A DNA stretch of 64,000 nucleotides from Alphaproteobacteria bacterium (GCA_028281265.1 JANQKE010000089.1:2249-66248); one strand, 5' to 3'; counted from the stretch's first letter, positions 29,219 to 39,855 are shown. The notes: a model not told the origin generated them from the sequence alone. Numbers and translations are program-made.

Positions 29219-31272
29219 TCGACCCGATCACACTGGAAGTCATCCAGGAACGGCTCATCTCCATCGTGCGCGAGATGCGTGCGACCCTGGCCCATGTCGC
29301 CCACTCCTCCGTGCTTTACGAGGCGCGGGACTTCTCCTGCATCATCATGAACGGCAAGGGCGAGGCAGTCGCCCAGTCGGCCGACAATCCGGGCCACATC
29401 ATTCCGCTGCCCTGGTCCGTGCGCGTCGCCATGGAGCGTTTTGGCGACGACATCAATCCGGGCGATATCCTCATCATCAACGACCCCTATGCCGGCGGCA
29501 CGCATCTGAACGATGTCGCCATCGTGGTGCCCGTCTTCATCGGCGAGGACCTCGTCCTCCTCCCCGCAATCCGCGCCCACTGGGCCGATGTGGGCGGCAT
29601 GACGCCGGGCTCCCTGTCCGGCACCTCCACGGAGATCTTCCAGGAAGGCGTGCGCATTCCGCCGATCAAGATCTACGAACGTGGCGAGCCGGTCTCCGGC
29701 GTGATGGACCTCATGTTCGCCAACATGCGCGTGGAGAGCGAGCGGCGCGGCGATCTCCAGGCGATGATCGAGACCTGCCGCACGGCCGAAGCCCGCATCC
29801 GCGAGCTTGTCGAGAAGTTTGGCCTGGGCACCCTCTTCGAGGCCACGGGCCTGCTTCTGGATCGCACCGAAACCCGCATGCGCCGGTTGATCGGTACCAT
29901 CCCCGACGGGGACTACACCTTCGAGGACTACCTGGACGCTTCCGGCACCAGCGACGATCCGGTGCTTCTGAAGACGAAGCTCACCGTGACCGGGGACTCG
30001 ATCGCCGTCGATTTCACAGGCTCCTCGCCGCAGGTGAAGGGGCCGATCAACGCCTCGCTCGCCGTGACCACAACGGCGGCGTTCGCGATCCTCAAAACCG
30101 TGCTTGATCCCGACAATCCCATCAACCACGGCGCGTTCCGCCCCGTGACCGTGACCGCGCCGGAGGGCACGATCCTCAACGCGCGTTTCCCCGCGCCCTG
30201 CGGCGGCTTTGCCGAAATCCGGCGGCGCACGCAGTCCGTTGTCATGGGGGCACTGTCGCGCGCGCTCCCCAAGGCGATCGCCGGCGACGTGAAGGGGTCA
30301 GCGAACCACTGCTACGTCGGCGGCTTCAACCCCGAAACGGGCCGGCACTTCATTTTCTACGAATATCCCGCCGGCGGCACGGGCGGCTACGAAGAGGCAG
30401 ACGGAAGCTCGGCCTTCCGCTCCTTCGACGAGGGCGATTTTTCGTCCATCCAGCCGGTGGAGGCGATCGAGAACGAGTTCCCGATCGTGATCGAGCGCTG
30501 TGCGTTGCGCGTTGATTCGGGTGGTCCCGGGCGCCATCGGGGCGGCCTTGGCATCGTGCGCGAGGCGCGGCTCCTGGCGGACGAGGCGTCCTACTCGGTG
30601 CTGTCGGACCGGTGTGTGCTGCCGCCGTTCGGGCTGCATGGCGGCTCGTCCGGCGCGCCCAACAGCTTTACCTACCGTCGCAACGGCGAAGAGCTTCAAC
30701 CGGGCGCGATTCCCGGCAAGGCCACCGGCACGGAGCTTGTGGCGGACGACGTCGTTATCATGCGCTCGGCTGGCGGTGGGGGCTTCGATGATCCCCTCGC
30801 ACGCGACCCCGCGGCCGTCGCCCTCGATGCGGCCGCGGGCTACATCACGGTCGCCCACGCGGCTGACGCCTATGGCGTCGTGCTCGGCCCCGACGGCAGC
30901 GTCGATACAGCCGCGACCGAGGTCCGGCGGAAGGCCCTGGAAGAAGCGCGCTGTGTCCTGCGCGTCGTCGCCACGGCCGCCGCAGACGCTGGCGAGTACG
31001 AACACGGCCGTCGCTGGGTGCGCATTGGCGCGGCAAGCGCGCGCCAGCACGGTTTTGTCGACGGTGCGCCGCTTGAGGTGGTCCTTGCCGTCGGTGCGCC
31101 GTTGCGGGCGTGGACGCGGGTGGACAACGCGCTTCCCGCCGGCGGGGTGTGGCTGGGGCCGGAGGGCTCGCAGATCCTCGGTGTCGGCCAAGGTGATAAG
31201 GTGTGGCTGCGTTCGCTCGCCCTCGGCCCGGCCGAGCTGCGCGGCGACGCTGAACCGCGCAAGGTCGCCTGA
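29215..31272 (+). CDS. hyuB: hydantoinase B/oxoprolinase family protein, B (alpha) subunit, with ~105-aa C-terminal extension
   Basis: In-frame ATG at 29215 overlaps the hyuA stop (ATGA). MIDPITLEVIQERLISIVREM..., INDPYAGGTHLNDV. 685 aa. Confidence 0.9.
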   Translation: MIDPITLEVIQERLISIVREMRATLAHVAHSSVLYEARDFSCIIMNGKGEAVAQSADNPGHIIPLPWSVRVAMERFGDDINPGDILIINDPYAGGTHLNDVAIVVPVFIGEDLVLLPAIRAHWADVGGMTPGSLSGTSTEIFQEGVRIPPIKIYERGEPVSGVMDLMFANMRVESERRGDLQAMIETCRTAEARIRELVEKFGLGTLFEATGLLLDRTETRMRRLIGTIPDGDYTFEDYLDASGTSDDPVLLKTKLTVTGDSIAVDFTGSSPQVKGPINASLAVTTTAAFAILKTVLDPDNPINHGAFRPVTVTAPEGTILNARFPAPCGGFAEIRRRTQSVVMGALSRALPKAIAGDVKGSANHCYVGGFNPETGRHFIFYEYPAGGTGGYEEADGSSAFRSFDEGDFSSIQPVEAIENEFPIVIERCALRVDSGGPGRHRGGLGIVREARLLADEASYSVLSDRCVLPPFGLHGGSSGAPNSFTYRRNGEELQPGAIPGKATGTELVADDVVIMRSAGGGGFDDPLARDPAAVALDAAAGYITVAHAADAYGVVLGPDGSVDTAATEVRRKALEEARCVLRVVATAAADAGEYEHGRRWVRIGAASARQHGFVDGAPLEVVLAVGAPLRAWTRVDNALPAGGVWLGPEGSQILGVGQGDKVWLRSLALGPAELRGDAEPRKVA

Positions 31273-31278
31273 TCCGGC

Positions 31279-31989
31279 ATGGCACGTTTTGCCGATCAAC
31301 GCATTGTCGTGACGGGCGCTGCGGGCACCATCGGTGGTGCCATCGCATCGGCGTTCCGTGACGAAGGCGCCCGTATCGTCGCGCTCGACAAGATGCTGCC
31401 GCGCACGGACGACGCCCTGTGTCTTGCCGTGGACGTTGCCGACCGGGCGGCGCTCACCGCCGTCGCGGACACGGTTCTGGACGGCGGCGCGGTGGATGTC
31501 CTTATCAACTGTCACGGTGTTCAGGTGCGCTCCGACGCGATGGGTGCCACCGACGAGGCGTTTCAGACGATCTTCGAGGTCAATGTCGCCGGCGCTTGGC
31601 GCACTGCGCAGCTCTTCGGCCCGGCGCTGCGGGAACGGCACGGTGCGATCGTCAACGTGACGAGCATCAACGGTGTCGTCGCGGCGCGCACAGGCGCCCT
31701 CTACGGCGCATCCAAAGCCGCGCTCAATCACCTCACAAAGGTCCTCGCCCTTGAGCTGGCGCCTGAGGTGCGCGTCAACGCCGTGGCGCCCACGGTGGTG
31801 CGCTCGGCCATGACCGAGGATGTCTTCGCCCGCGACGGCTACGAGGAAAGCAAGAAGGCCGCGATTCCGCTCGAGCGGATCGCCCTGCCGGAGGATGTCG
31901 CTGGGCCCGTCCTTTTCCTGGCCTCCGCCGACGCCGGCATGATCACCGGCCACGTCCTGCCCATCGACGGCGGGCTCTCGCTGTCATGA
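31279..31989 (+). CDS. SDR family oxidoreductase
   Basis: VTGAAGTIGGAI cofactor motif and the YGASKAAL catalytic motif. 236 aa. Confidence 0.9.
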   Translation: MARFADQRIVVTGAAGTIGGAIASAFRDEGARIVALDKMLPRTDDALCLAVDVADRAALTAVADTVLDGGAVDVLINCHGVQVRSDAMGATDEAFQTIFEVNVAGAWRTAQLFGPALRERHGAIVNVTSINGVVAARTGALYGASKAALNHLTKVLALELAPEVRVNAVAPTVVRSAMTEDVFARDGYEESKKAAIPLERIALPEDVAGPVLFLASADAGMITGHVLPIDGGLSLS

Positions 31990-32011
31990 CCTTCCACAAC
32001 TGGAGAATTCA

Positions 32012-32434
32012 ATGCTGACCGTAAAGCGACTGAGCATGGCCGACTGTGACACCATCATGGCCGCTGCCGTGGCCAAAGCCCACGAGGTCGGGACGCCGAA
32101 AGACATCGCCATCGTCGACGAGAGCGGCCACCTCCTCGCCTTCAAGCGCATGGACGGGGCAAAGTTCTCGGCCGTCGATATCGCCATCAACAAGGCCTTC
32201 ACGTCCGCCGGCGGTGGCCGCGCGACCAAGGACTACAAGGATGTTGCCGGACCCGGCGGTTCGGCCTTCGGCATCCACACGCAGCTTGGCGGTCGCTTCA
32301 CGATCATCGGCGGCGGCATTCCGATCGTCGTGGACGGTGAGATCGTCGGTGCTGTCGGGGTCTCGTCCGGGGCGGCGGCGGAAGACCATGACGTTGCCCA
32401 GGCGGGCATCGACGCCTTTACCGCAACGCTCTGA
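32012..32434 (+). CDS. GlcG/HbpS-like (DUF336) heme-binding/accessory protein
   Basis: 140 aa. IAIVDESGHLLAFKRMDGAKFSAVDIAINKAFTSA...GGGIPIVVDGEIVGAVGVSSG. Confidence 0.85.
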   Translation: MLTVKRLSMADCDTIMAAAVAKAHEVGTPKDIAIVDESGHLLAFKRMDGAKFSAVDIAINKAFTSAGGGRATKDYKDVAGPGGSAFGIHTQLGGRFTIIGGGIPIVVDGEIVGAVGVSSGAAAEDHDVAQAGIDAFTATL

Positions 32435-32656
32435 TCTCGGGCGCGTTCATCGACAGCCTTGCCGGGCGCGTCGCTACGCTCGCCGCCGGTGCGCCGGAAA
32501 GCGGCTGCGCACGCGCTCGACACGCCCCTCGCGGCCGTGGCCGGCGCGGGCGAGCGATCCGTCACGGCTGCCGCCGAAGCGTTGGAGGGTATCGCCAATA
32601 TCTCCACGGGCATCGCGTCGCGGCTTGCCCTCGTGGCCTCCGCCTCGCCGGCCGAT

Positions 32657-32765
32657 GGAGCATCTTATCTACGTCCGGAGGGACGCAGATAAGATGCTCT
32701 AACTCTTTAAAGGAGATCAGCTTACTTGCGTTCAGATGAGTTCATCTGAACGCAGCTTGATCTAG
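32657..32765 (-). repeat. double-hairpin element family B, copy 1 (~105 bp)
   Basis: Reverse complement reads CTAGATCAAGCTGCGTTCAGATGAACTCATCTGAACGCAAG...CTCCTTTAAAGAGTTAGAGCATCTTATCTGCGTCCCTCCGGACGTAGATAAGATGCTCC. That gives a 12-bp and a 19-bp stem separated by a TTTAAAG core. The CTAG end supplies the stop codon of the methyltransferase gene at 32762. Confidence 0.8.
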
Positions 32766-33793
32766 AGGTTCTGAACGTAGTCCGTATTGACGGCCTTCAG
32801 ACTGGCCACCGACCCGAAGGCGAAGTGCTTGGACATGTCGGCCGAATAGCGGCTGGCCGGCGGCATCCGGCCCAGCGCCTCGGCCATCGCCCGCATGTGA
32901 TGCGGCGCCGCCCCGCAGCACAGCCCGAACAGGGTGACGCCGATATCCTTGGCAGCCGCGGTGAAGGCCGCGATTTCGTAGCGGTTGCAGGTCAGCGCGT
33001 CCAAGGCGACCGGGAACGGACGGTCGCCGGGGATCGCGCACGAGCAGCCCGGATCGTCCAGCGACTGGAAGGTCGGGTGGCTGTCGTCGGTGCGATAGGG
33101 AACCGGCAGGGCCGCGAGATGGCCCTTGTAGCTGTCCCGCGCCTCGGCCAGCAGCGGCAGCATGGTCTGCGGACCGCGCTGGCAGTTCAGACCGATGACG
33201 TCGGCACCCGCTTCCTCCAGCCGGCGGAACGACTGGGCCACCGTCCAGTCCTCCCGGGTCACCCTTGGGCGGTGGAAGCTCAGATTGACGACGGCCGGCA
33301 TGTCGGGGGCCGCGGCCTTGATCTCCTCCAGCGCGATCACCGCCTCGCCGGCGTAGGACAGGGTCTCCGCGACGATCAGGTCGACCCCTTCGTCGACCGC
33401 CCAGGCGACCTGTTCCCGGAAGATCTGCCGCACCGCGGCCACGCTGTCGGCGTCGTCGGGGTCGTAGATGTTGGTGTTGGAGAGATCGCCGGCCACCAGA
33501 GCGCCGAACGGGTGGGCGACGTCCCTGGCCAGGCGGATGGCGGCCCGGTTCATCGGCTCCAACTCGTCTTCGCGGCCGATCAGGCGCATCTTCTCCCGGT
33601 GGGCGTAGTAGGTCAGCGCCAAGGCGATGTCCGAGCCTGCAGCCAGGAACTCCCGGGTCAGCATCCGCACCGCGTCGGGGTTCTCGGCCACCACCTCAGG
33701 TACGAAGGCGCCGGCCTGCAGATGGCCCCGCCGTTCCAGCTCGAAAAGATACCCTTCCGCCAGTGTGACCGGCCCTTCGGCCAGCCGGTCCAT
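32762..33793 (-). CDS. homocysteine S-methyltransferase family protein (betaine-homocysteine methyltransferase-like)
   Basis: In-frame ATG at 33793 (MDRLAEGPVTLAEGYLFELERRGHLQAGAFVPE...). Cys-rich C-terminal zinc-site region (GLNCQ..., GLCCGAAPHH). Confidence 0.8.
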   Translation of the reverse strand: MDRLAEGPVTLAEGYLFELERRGHLQAGAFVPEVVAENPDAVRMLTREFLAAGSDIALALTYYAHREKMRLIGREDELEPMNRAAIRLARDVAHPFGALVAGDLSNTNIYDPDDADSVAAVRQIFREQVAWAVDEGVDLIVAETLSYAGEAVIALEEIKAAAPDMPAVVNLSFHRPRVTREDWTVAQSFRRLEEAGADVIGLNCQRGPQTMLPLLAEARDSYKGHLAALPVPYRTDDSHPTFQSLDDPGCSCAIPGDRPFPVALDALTCNRYEIAAFTAAAKDIGVTLFGLCCGAAPHHMRAMAEALGRMPPASRYSADMSKHFAFGSVASLKAVNTDYVQNL

Positions 33794-33965
33794 CAGCCCT
33801 TTGCGCTCGGTCACCACGCGCCTGTCCCCCGGTTGCTTGGTGTGTGCCTGCGGTGCCGGCCAGCGGGGCCGGCAATGACGCCAAGGGGACGATGGCTGGT
33901 GCGCGACGGATTGTCCGAATGCGACACGATCTGTCGCGCGCTCGACCGCGACCGGCCGGACCGCG

Positions 33966-35815
<1,850 letters not shown>

Positions 35816-35818
35816 GGG

Positions 35819-37465
35819 TCAGGGGACCGGCGACGAGGCCGCGTCGGTGCCGAAGACGTGCTGGCCGGGGATGGCGGCCAGCAGCGTCCGAGTGTAGTCG
35901 GCCTGTGGCCGTTCGAAAACGGCGGCGGTGGGGCCGGCTTCGACGATGCGGCCGTTGCGCATGACCACGATCCGATCGCACAGTTCGGCCGCCAGCCGCA
36001 GGTCGTGGGTGATGAACAGCAGCGCGAAGTCCAGCCGATCCCGCATCGCCGCGAGCAGGCGGACGATCTGGGCCTGCACCGAGACGTCGAGTGCCGATAC
36101 CGCTTCGTCGGCGACCAGGATGTCCGGCTCCAGCGCCAGGGCCCGCGCGATGCAGATCCGCTGACGCTGCCCGCCCGAGAATTCGTGTGGATAGCGCTGT
36201 GCCGCCTGCGGCGGCAGGCCGACCAGATCCAACAGATCGGCTGCCCGGTCGCGCGCGGCCTGCCGGTCGAGCCCGTGGATGACGGGGCCTTCCGCGATCG
36301 CGTCGCCGATCTTCTGTCGCGGGTTGAGGGCCGTGTAGGGGTCCTGGAAGACGATCTGGATCCGCCGCCGGATCTGGCGCAGGCCGGATCCGGCCATCGC
36401 GTTCAAGTCCGTGCCGTCCAGGTCGAGCCGGCCGGCATCCGCCTGCTCCAGCCGCAACACGCAGCGCGCCAGGGTCGACTTGCCCGACCCGCTCTCGCCC
36501 ACCAGGCCCACCGTCTCGCCCCGGTGAAGGGTCAGGTCGACACCGTCCAGGGCGCGGACGCCCTGTCCTGTCCCGAAAAGCCGTCCCCGGGCGGCATAGA
36601 CCTTGCTGACCCCCTCGGCGACCAGGAGCGGGGCGATCTCCGTCTTGCCCGCGGACGGTGCCCGCGGCCGTCCGCGTGGGACGGCGGCCAGCAAGGACCG
36701 GGTGTAGGGGTGTTGCGGCCGGGACAGAAGATCCGCCGCCGTCCCGGTCTCGACCACCCGGCCCTTCTCCATCACCACCACCCGGTCGGCGATGTCGGCG
36801 ACGACGCCGAAATCATGGGTTATGAACAGGATGCCGGCACCCGTCCGGGTCTTCAGATCGCCGATCAGCGCCAGGATCCTCGCCTGGGTGGTGACGTCGA
36901 GGGCGGTCGTCGGTTCGTCGGCGATCAGGAGCTTGGGGTCGAGCGCCAGCGCCGTGGCGATCATCACCCTTTGGCATTGTCCGCCCGATAGCTGGTGGGG
37001 ATAGGCGGTCACGATGGCCTTGGGATCGGGAAGCCGGACCTGGTCGAGCAGCTCCAGCGTCCGGGCCTGGCGCTGCGGGGCGGTCATGCGGCTATGGAGC
37101 CTCAGGGCCTCGTCGATCTGGGCGCCGATCCGGTAGACCGGGTTCAGGCTGGCGAGCGGCTCCTGGAAGATCATGCCGATCGCGGCACCGTTGATCGCCA
37201 GCCGCTCTTCGGCGCCGAGGGCGAGCAGGTCACGGCCCTCGAACGTCATCCGGCCGCCCGTGATGGGCAGTTGCGGCGGCAGGAGGCCCATGACCGCCTG
37301 GGCGGTGACCGATTTCCCCGAACCGCTCTCGCCGACCACGCAGAGGATCTCGCCCGCGCCGACGGTGAGCGATACGGTCTCGATCGCCATCGCGCGGTCC
37401 GCACCCGGGGGCAGACCGACGCTCAGCGCCTCGACCGACAGCAAGGCGGTGGGGGGCGTGCTCAT
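35819..37465 (-). CDS. fused double ABC ATPase of a peptide/glutathione-type importer (GsiA/DppDF-like)
   Basis: In-frame ATG at 37465 (MSTPPTALLSVEALSV...). Two Walker A motifs (GESGSGKSVTAQ; GESGSGKSTLARC) and two LSGGQ signatures. The ORF upstream of 37465 runs through a repeat element and is not credible as coding. Confidence 0.85.
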   Translation of the reverse strand: MSTPPTALLSVEALSVGLPPGADRAMAIETVSLTVGAGEILCVVGESGSGKSVTAQAVMGLLPPQLPITGGRMTFEGRDLLALGAEERLAINGAAIGMIFQEPLASLNPVYRIGAQIDEALRLHSRMTAPQRQARTLELLDQVRLPDPKAIVTAYPHQLSGGQCQRVMIATALALDPKLLIADEPTTALDVTTQARILALIGDLKTRTGAGILFITHDFGVVADIADRVVVMEKGRVVETGTAADLLSRPQHPYTRSLLAAVPRGRPRAPSAGKTEIAPLLVAEGVSKVYAARGRLFGTGQGVRALDGVDLTLHRGETVGLVGESGSGKSTLARCVLRLEQADAGRLDLDGTDLNAMAGSGLRQIRRRIQIVFQDPYTALNPRQKIGDAIAEGPVIHGLDRQAARDRAADLLDLVGLPPQAAQRYPHEFSGGQRQRICIARALALEPDILVADEAVSALDVSVQAQIVRLLAAMRDRLDFALLFITHDLRLAAELCDRIVVMRNGRIVEAGPTAAVFERPQADYTRTLLAAIPGQHVFGTDAASSPVP

Positions 37466-37470
37466 CTGGT

Positions 37471-37742
37471 CTAGAGCGTTTTCAGGGAATACCGGGTCGA
37501 TCTGTTGGCGTGTGGCGGACCGATCCGCAAGGCGCGTCGCGCCGCGCGATGCGGTGTCATCGGGCCAGCGGCGCAACGCAGCGGGCGGCCGCCACACGCC
37601 AACCCGAAGGGCCGGGCGGATGGGCCCTGCTGCGGCGTCGCTCGTCGTCGAATATGCCCGGGCATGTCCTTCCTCCTCGCTCCTGGCATCAGGGCCCATC
37701 CCCCTCGGCAGATCCACCCGGTATTCCCTGAAAACGCTCTAG
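37471..37742 (+). mobile_element. MITE-like element family A, copy 2 (272 bp)
   Basis: Perfect 25-nt terminal inverted repeats: CTAGAGCGTTTTCAGGGAATACCGG ... CCGGTATTCCCTGAAAACGCTCTAG. It lies in the divergent region between the ABC ATPase (start 37465) and the permease gene (start 37869). Confidence 0.85.
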
Positions 37743-37868
37743 GCTCGATGGGTTGGGACCCGCAGTCAACCGGTTGCCAATGCAATCGCTTGCCACTCAT
37801 ACTGGCCCGGTGGTCCCGGCTTTGGGGATCAGCCGCCGTCCGGCCAGCCGATCCAAGCGGAAGAATGG

Positions 37869-38807
37869 ATGAGCACACGCTATGTCGCGATCAAGCTCCT
37901 GCGCGCCTTGGTGACGCTTTGGCTCGTCGTCACCTTCGTGTTCGTGGTGCTCCGGCTGACCGGCAATCCGGTCGAGGCGCTGCTCGCCCCCGACGCGCCG
38001 CCCGAGGAGATCGCCTACTATACCGAGCGGCTCGGGCTCGACGAGCCGATCCATGTCCAATACGTACTCTATCTCGGCAGCCTGCTGACCGGTGACCTGG
38101 GCCTGTCATTCTTCGACAGCCGGCCCGTGCAGCAAGTGATCGGCGATCGCATTCCGTTCACCTTGTTGCTCGCGTCCACGGCGCTGGCGGTGGCGGTCGT
38201 CGTCGGCGTCAGCCTGGGGATCGTCGCGGCGTTGAACCGGAACCGGCTCGTCGACCGGCTGACCATGGCGTTCGCGGTCTTCGGCTTCGCGATCCCGAAC
38301 TTCTTCTTCGGCATCCTGCTGATCCTGATCTTCTCGCTGCAGCTCCGGGTGCTGCCGTCGGCCGGACACGGTACGGTGCTGCATCTGATCATGCCGGCGG
38401 CGACCCTGGGGCTGGCGATCGCCGGGGCGTTCGCCCGTTTCACCCGCTCCTCGATGCTGGAGGTGCTGAACCGGCCCTATATGCGGGCGGCGAAGGCCAA
38501 GGGCGTGCCGTATCGGGACCGCGTCCTCAAGCACGCCCTGCCGAACGCCGCGATCCCGCTGGTCACCGTGCTGGGCTTCTCGATGGCCGGGCTGCTGGCG
38601 GGATCGATCGTGACCGAGACGGTGTTCGCCTGGCCCGGCTTGGGCCGGTTGCTGGTCACCTCGGTGGGAGGACGGGACCTCGCCGTCGTCCAGGCGCTGG
38701 TGATCCTGTTCGCGGCCGTGATGGTGGTCGTGAACCTGGTGGTCGACATGCTCTACAGCGTCCTGGATCCCCGCATTCGGGTCAGCGCGGGCGGGGAGGG
38801 GGCATGA
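37869..38807 (+). CDS. ABC transporter permease (DppB/GsiC-like)
   Basis: MSTRYVAIKLLRALVTLWLVVTFVFVVLRLTGNP..., a typical family-5 peptide permease N-terminus. 312 aa. Confidence 0.9.
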   Translation: MSTRYVAIKLLRALVTLWLVVTFVFVVLRLTGNPVEALLAPDAPPEEIAYYTERLGLDEPIHVQYVLYLGSLLTGDLGLSFFDSRPVQQVIGDRIPFTLLLASTALAVAVVVGVSLGIVAALNRNRLVDRLTMAFAVFGFAIPNFFFGILLILIFSLQLRVLPSAGHGTVLHLIMPAATLGLAIAGAFARFTRSSMLEVLNRPYMRAAKAKGVPYRDRVLKHALPNAAIPLVTVLGFSMAGLLAGSIVTETVFAWPGLGRLLVTSVGGRDLAVVQALVILFAAVMVVVNLVVDMLYSVLDPRIRVSAGGEGA

Positions 38808-38814
38808 AGCGGCC

Positions 38815-39717
38815 ATGACGACCGGCCCGACCCCCCTGTCGACGTCGGCGGCGCTCAATCCGAGCGCCTGGCAGCGCCTGGCGCGCGCGCCGATGGTGGT
38901 CAAGATCGCCTTCGGCTTTCTGGGCCTGATCGTCTTTCTGTGCCTGTTCGGCGACCTGCTGACCCCGCACGCCTACGACAAGACCAACCTGCGCCACCGG
39001 TTGGAACCGCCGGTTTTCCTGGGCGGTAGCTGGGACTTCGTCCTGGGTACGGACCGGCTGGGCCGGGACCTGTTCGCCCGGCTGATCTTCGGCCTGCGCG
39101 TCAGCATCGCGATCGCCATCCTGGGCACCGCCATCGGCGCGGTGCTGGGCACCGTCATCGGCTTCCTGGCCGCGCATCTGCGGGGCTGGTTCGAGGAGGT
39201 GACGATGATGCTGGTGGATTTCCAGGCATCGCTGCCGTTCATCATCATCGCGCTGTGCCTGCTCGCGTTCTTCGGCAACTCCCTGGTGCTGTTCATCGTC
39301 ATCATGGGGATCAACGGATGGGAGGTCTACGCCCGGCTGTCCCGCGGTGTCGTCCTGTCCGCCAAGGCCCAGCCCTACGCGCAGGCGGTGGTGTCGCTGG
39401 GGGCGGATCCCTGGCGGCTGTACACGCGCCATGTCCTGCCCAACGTGGCCGGCGTGCTGATCGTCCAGTTCACCCTCAACTTTCCCCTCACGATCCTGCT
39501 GGAGACGTCCCTGAGCTTCCTGGGTCTGGGCATCCAGCCGCCGAACACCAGCCTCGGCCTCATCCTGGGCGAGGGGCGGGACTATCTGATCAACGCGCCC
39601 TGGCTGGCGGTGGCGCCGGGGGTGATGATCTTCCTGACCACGCTGTCGATGAGCCTGATCGGCGACTGGCTCAGGGATGAGCTCGATCCCACCCTGAAGC
39701 GGAGCCGGGACGGATGA
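38815..39717 (+). CDS. ABC transporter permease (DppC/GsiD-like)
   Basis: 300 aa. GTDRLGRDLFARLIFGLRVSI motif typical of DppC-like permeases. Confidence 0.9.
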   Translation: MTTGPTPLSTSAALNPSAWQRLARAPMVVKIAFGFLGLIVFLCLFGDLLTPHAYDKTNLRHRLEPPVFLGGSWDFVLGTDRLGRDLFARLIFGLRVSIAIAILGTAIGAVLGTVIGFLAAHLRGWFEEVTMMLVDFQASLPFIIIALCLLAFFGNSLVLFIVIMGINGWEVYARLSRGVVLSAKAQPYAQAVVSLGADPWRLYTRHVLPNVAGVLIVQFTLNFPLTILLETSLSFLGLGIQPPNTSLGLILGEGRDYLINAPWLAVAPGVMIFLTTLSMSLIGDWLRDELDPTLKRSRDG

Positions 39718-39746
39718 TCCGGCTCGAGGTCCGGTCGGGCCGGCTC

Positions 39747-39855
39747 GTGCAACGACACGGACGGAGGTGCGCCATCCGTCCGTGTCGTTGCACTGACTTG
39801 TTGATTCCGTGCACTGACACCAACAGATGTGGAGCATCTGTTGGTGTCAGTGCAC
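39747..39855. terminator. pair of long perfect hairpins between convergent genes (candidate bidirectional terminator or REP-like unit)
   Basis: Hairpin 1: GTGCAACGACACGGACGG / CCGTCCGTGTCGTTGCAC (18 bp, 39747-39793). Hairpin 2: GTGCACTGACACCAACAGATG / CATCTGTTGGTGTCAGTGCAC (21 bp, 39809-39855). The last base overlaps the CTAG that holds the FGase stop codon. Confidence 0.6.

Noticed and set aside
32459-32692. 77-aa ORF downstream of the GlcG-like gene
   Set aside because: No start context or family resemblance, an Ala/Arg-rich composition, and a 3' end that runs into the family B repeat. Probably non-coding.
33794-33965. SAM-II or SAH riboswitch upstream of the homocysteine methyltransferase-family gene
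   Set aside because: No recognisable conserved core (no AAAGCU-type pseudoknot segment of SAM-II). The sequence is uniformly GC-rich with no obvious matching structure.
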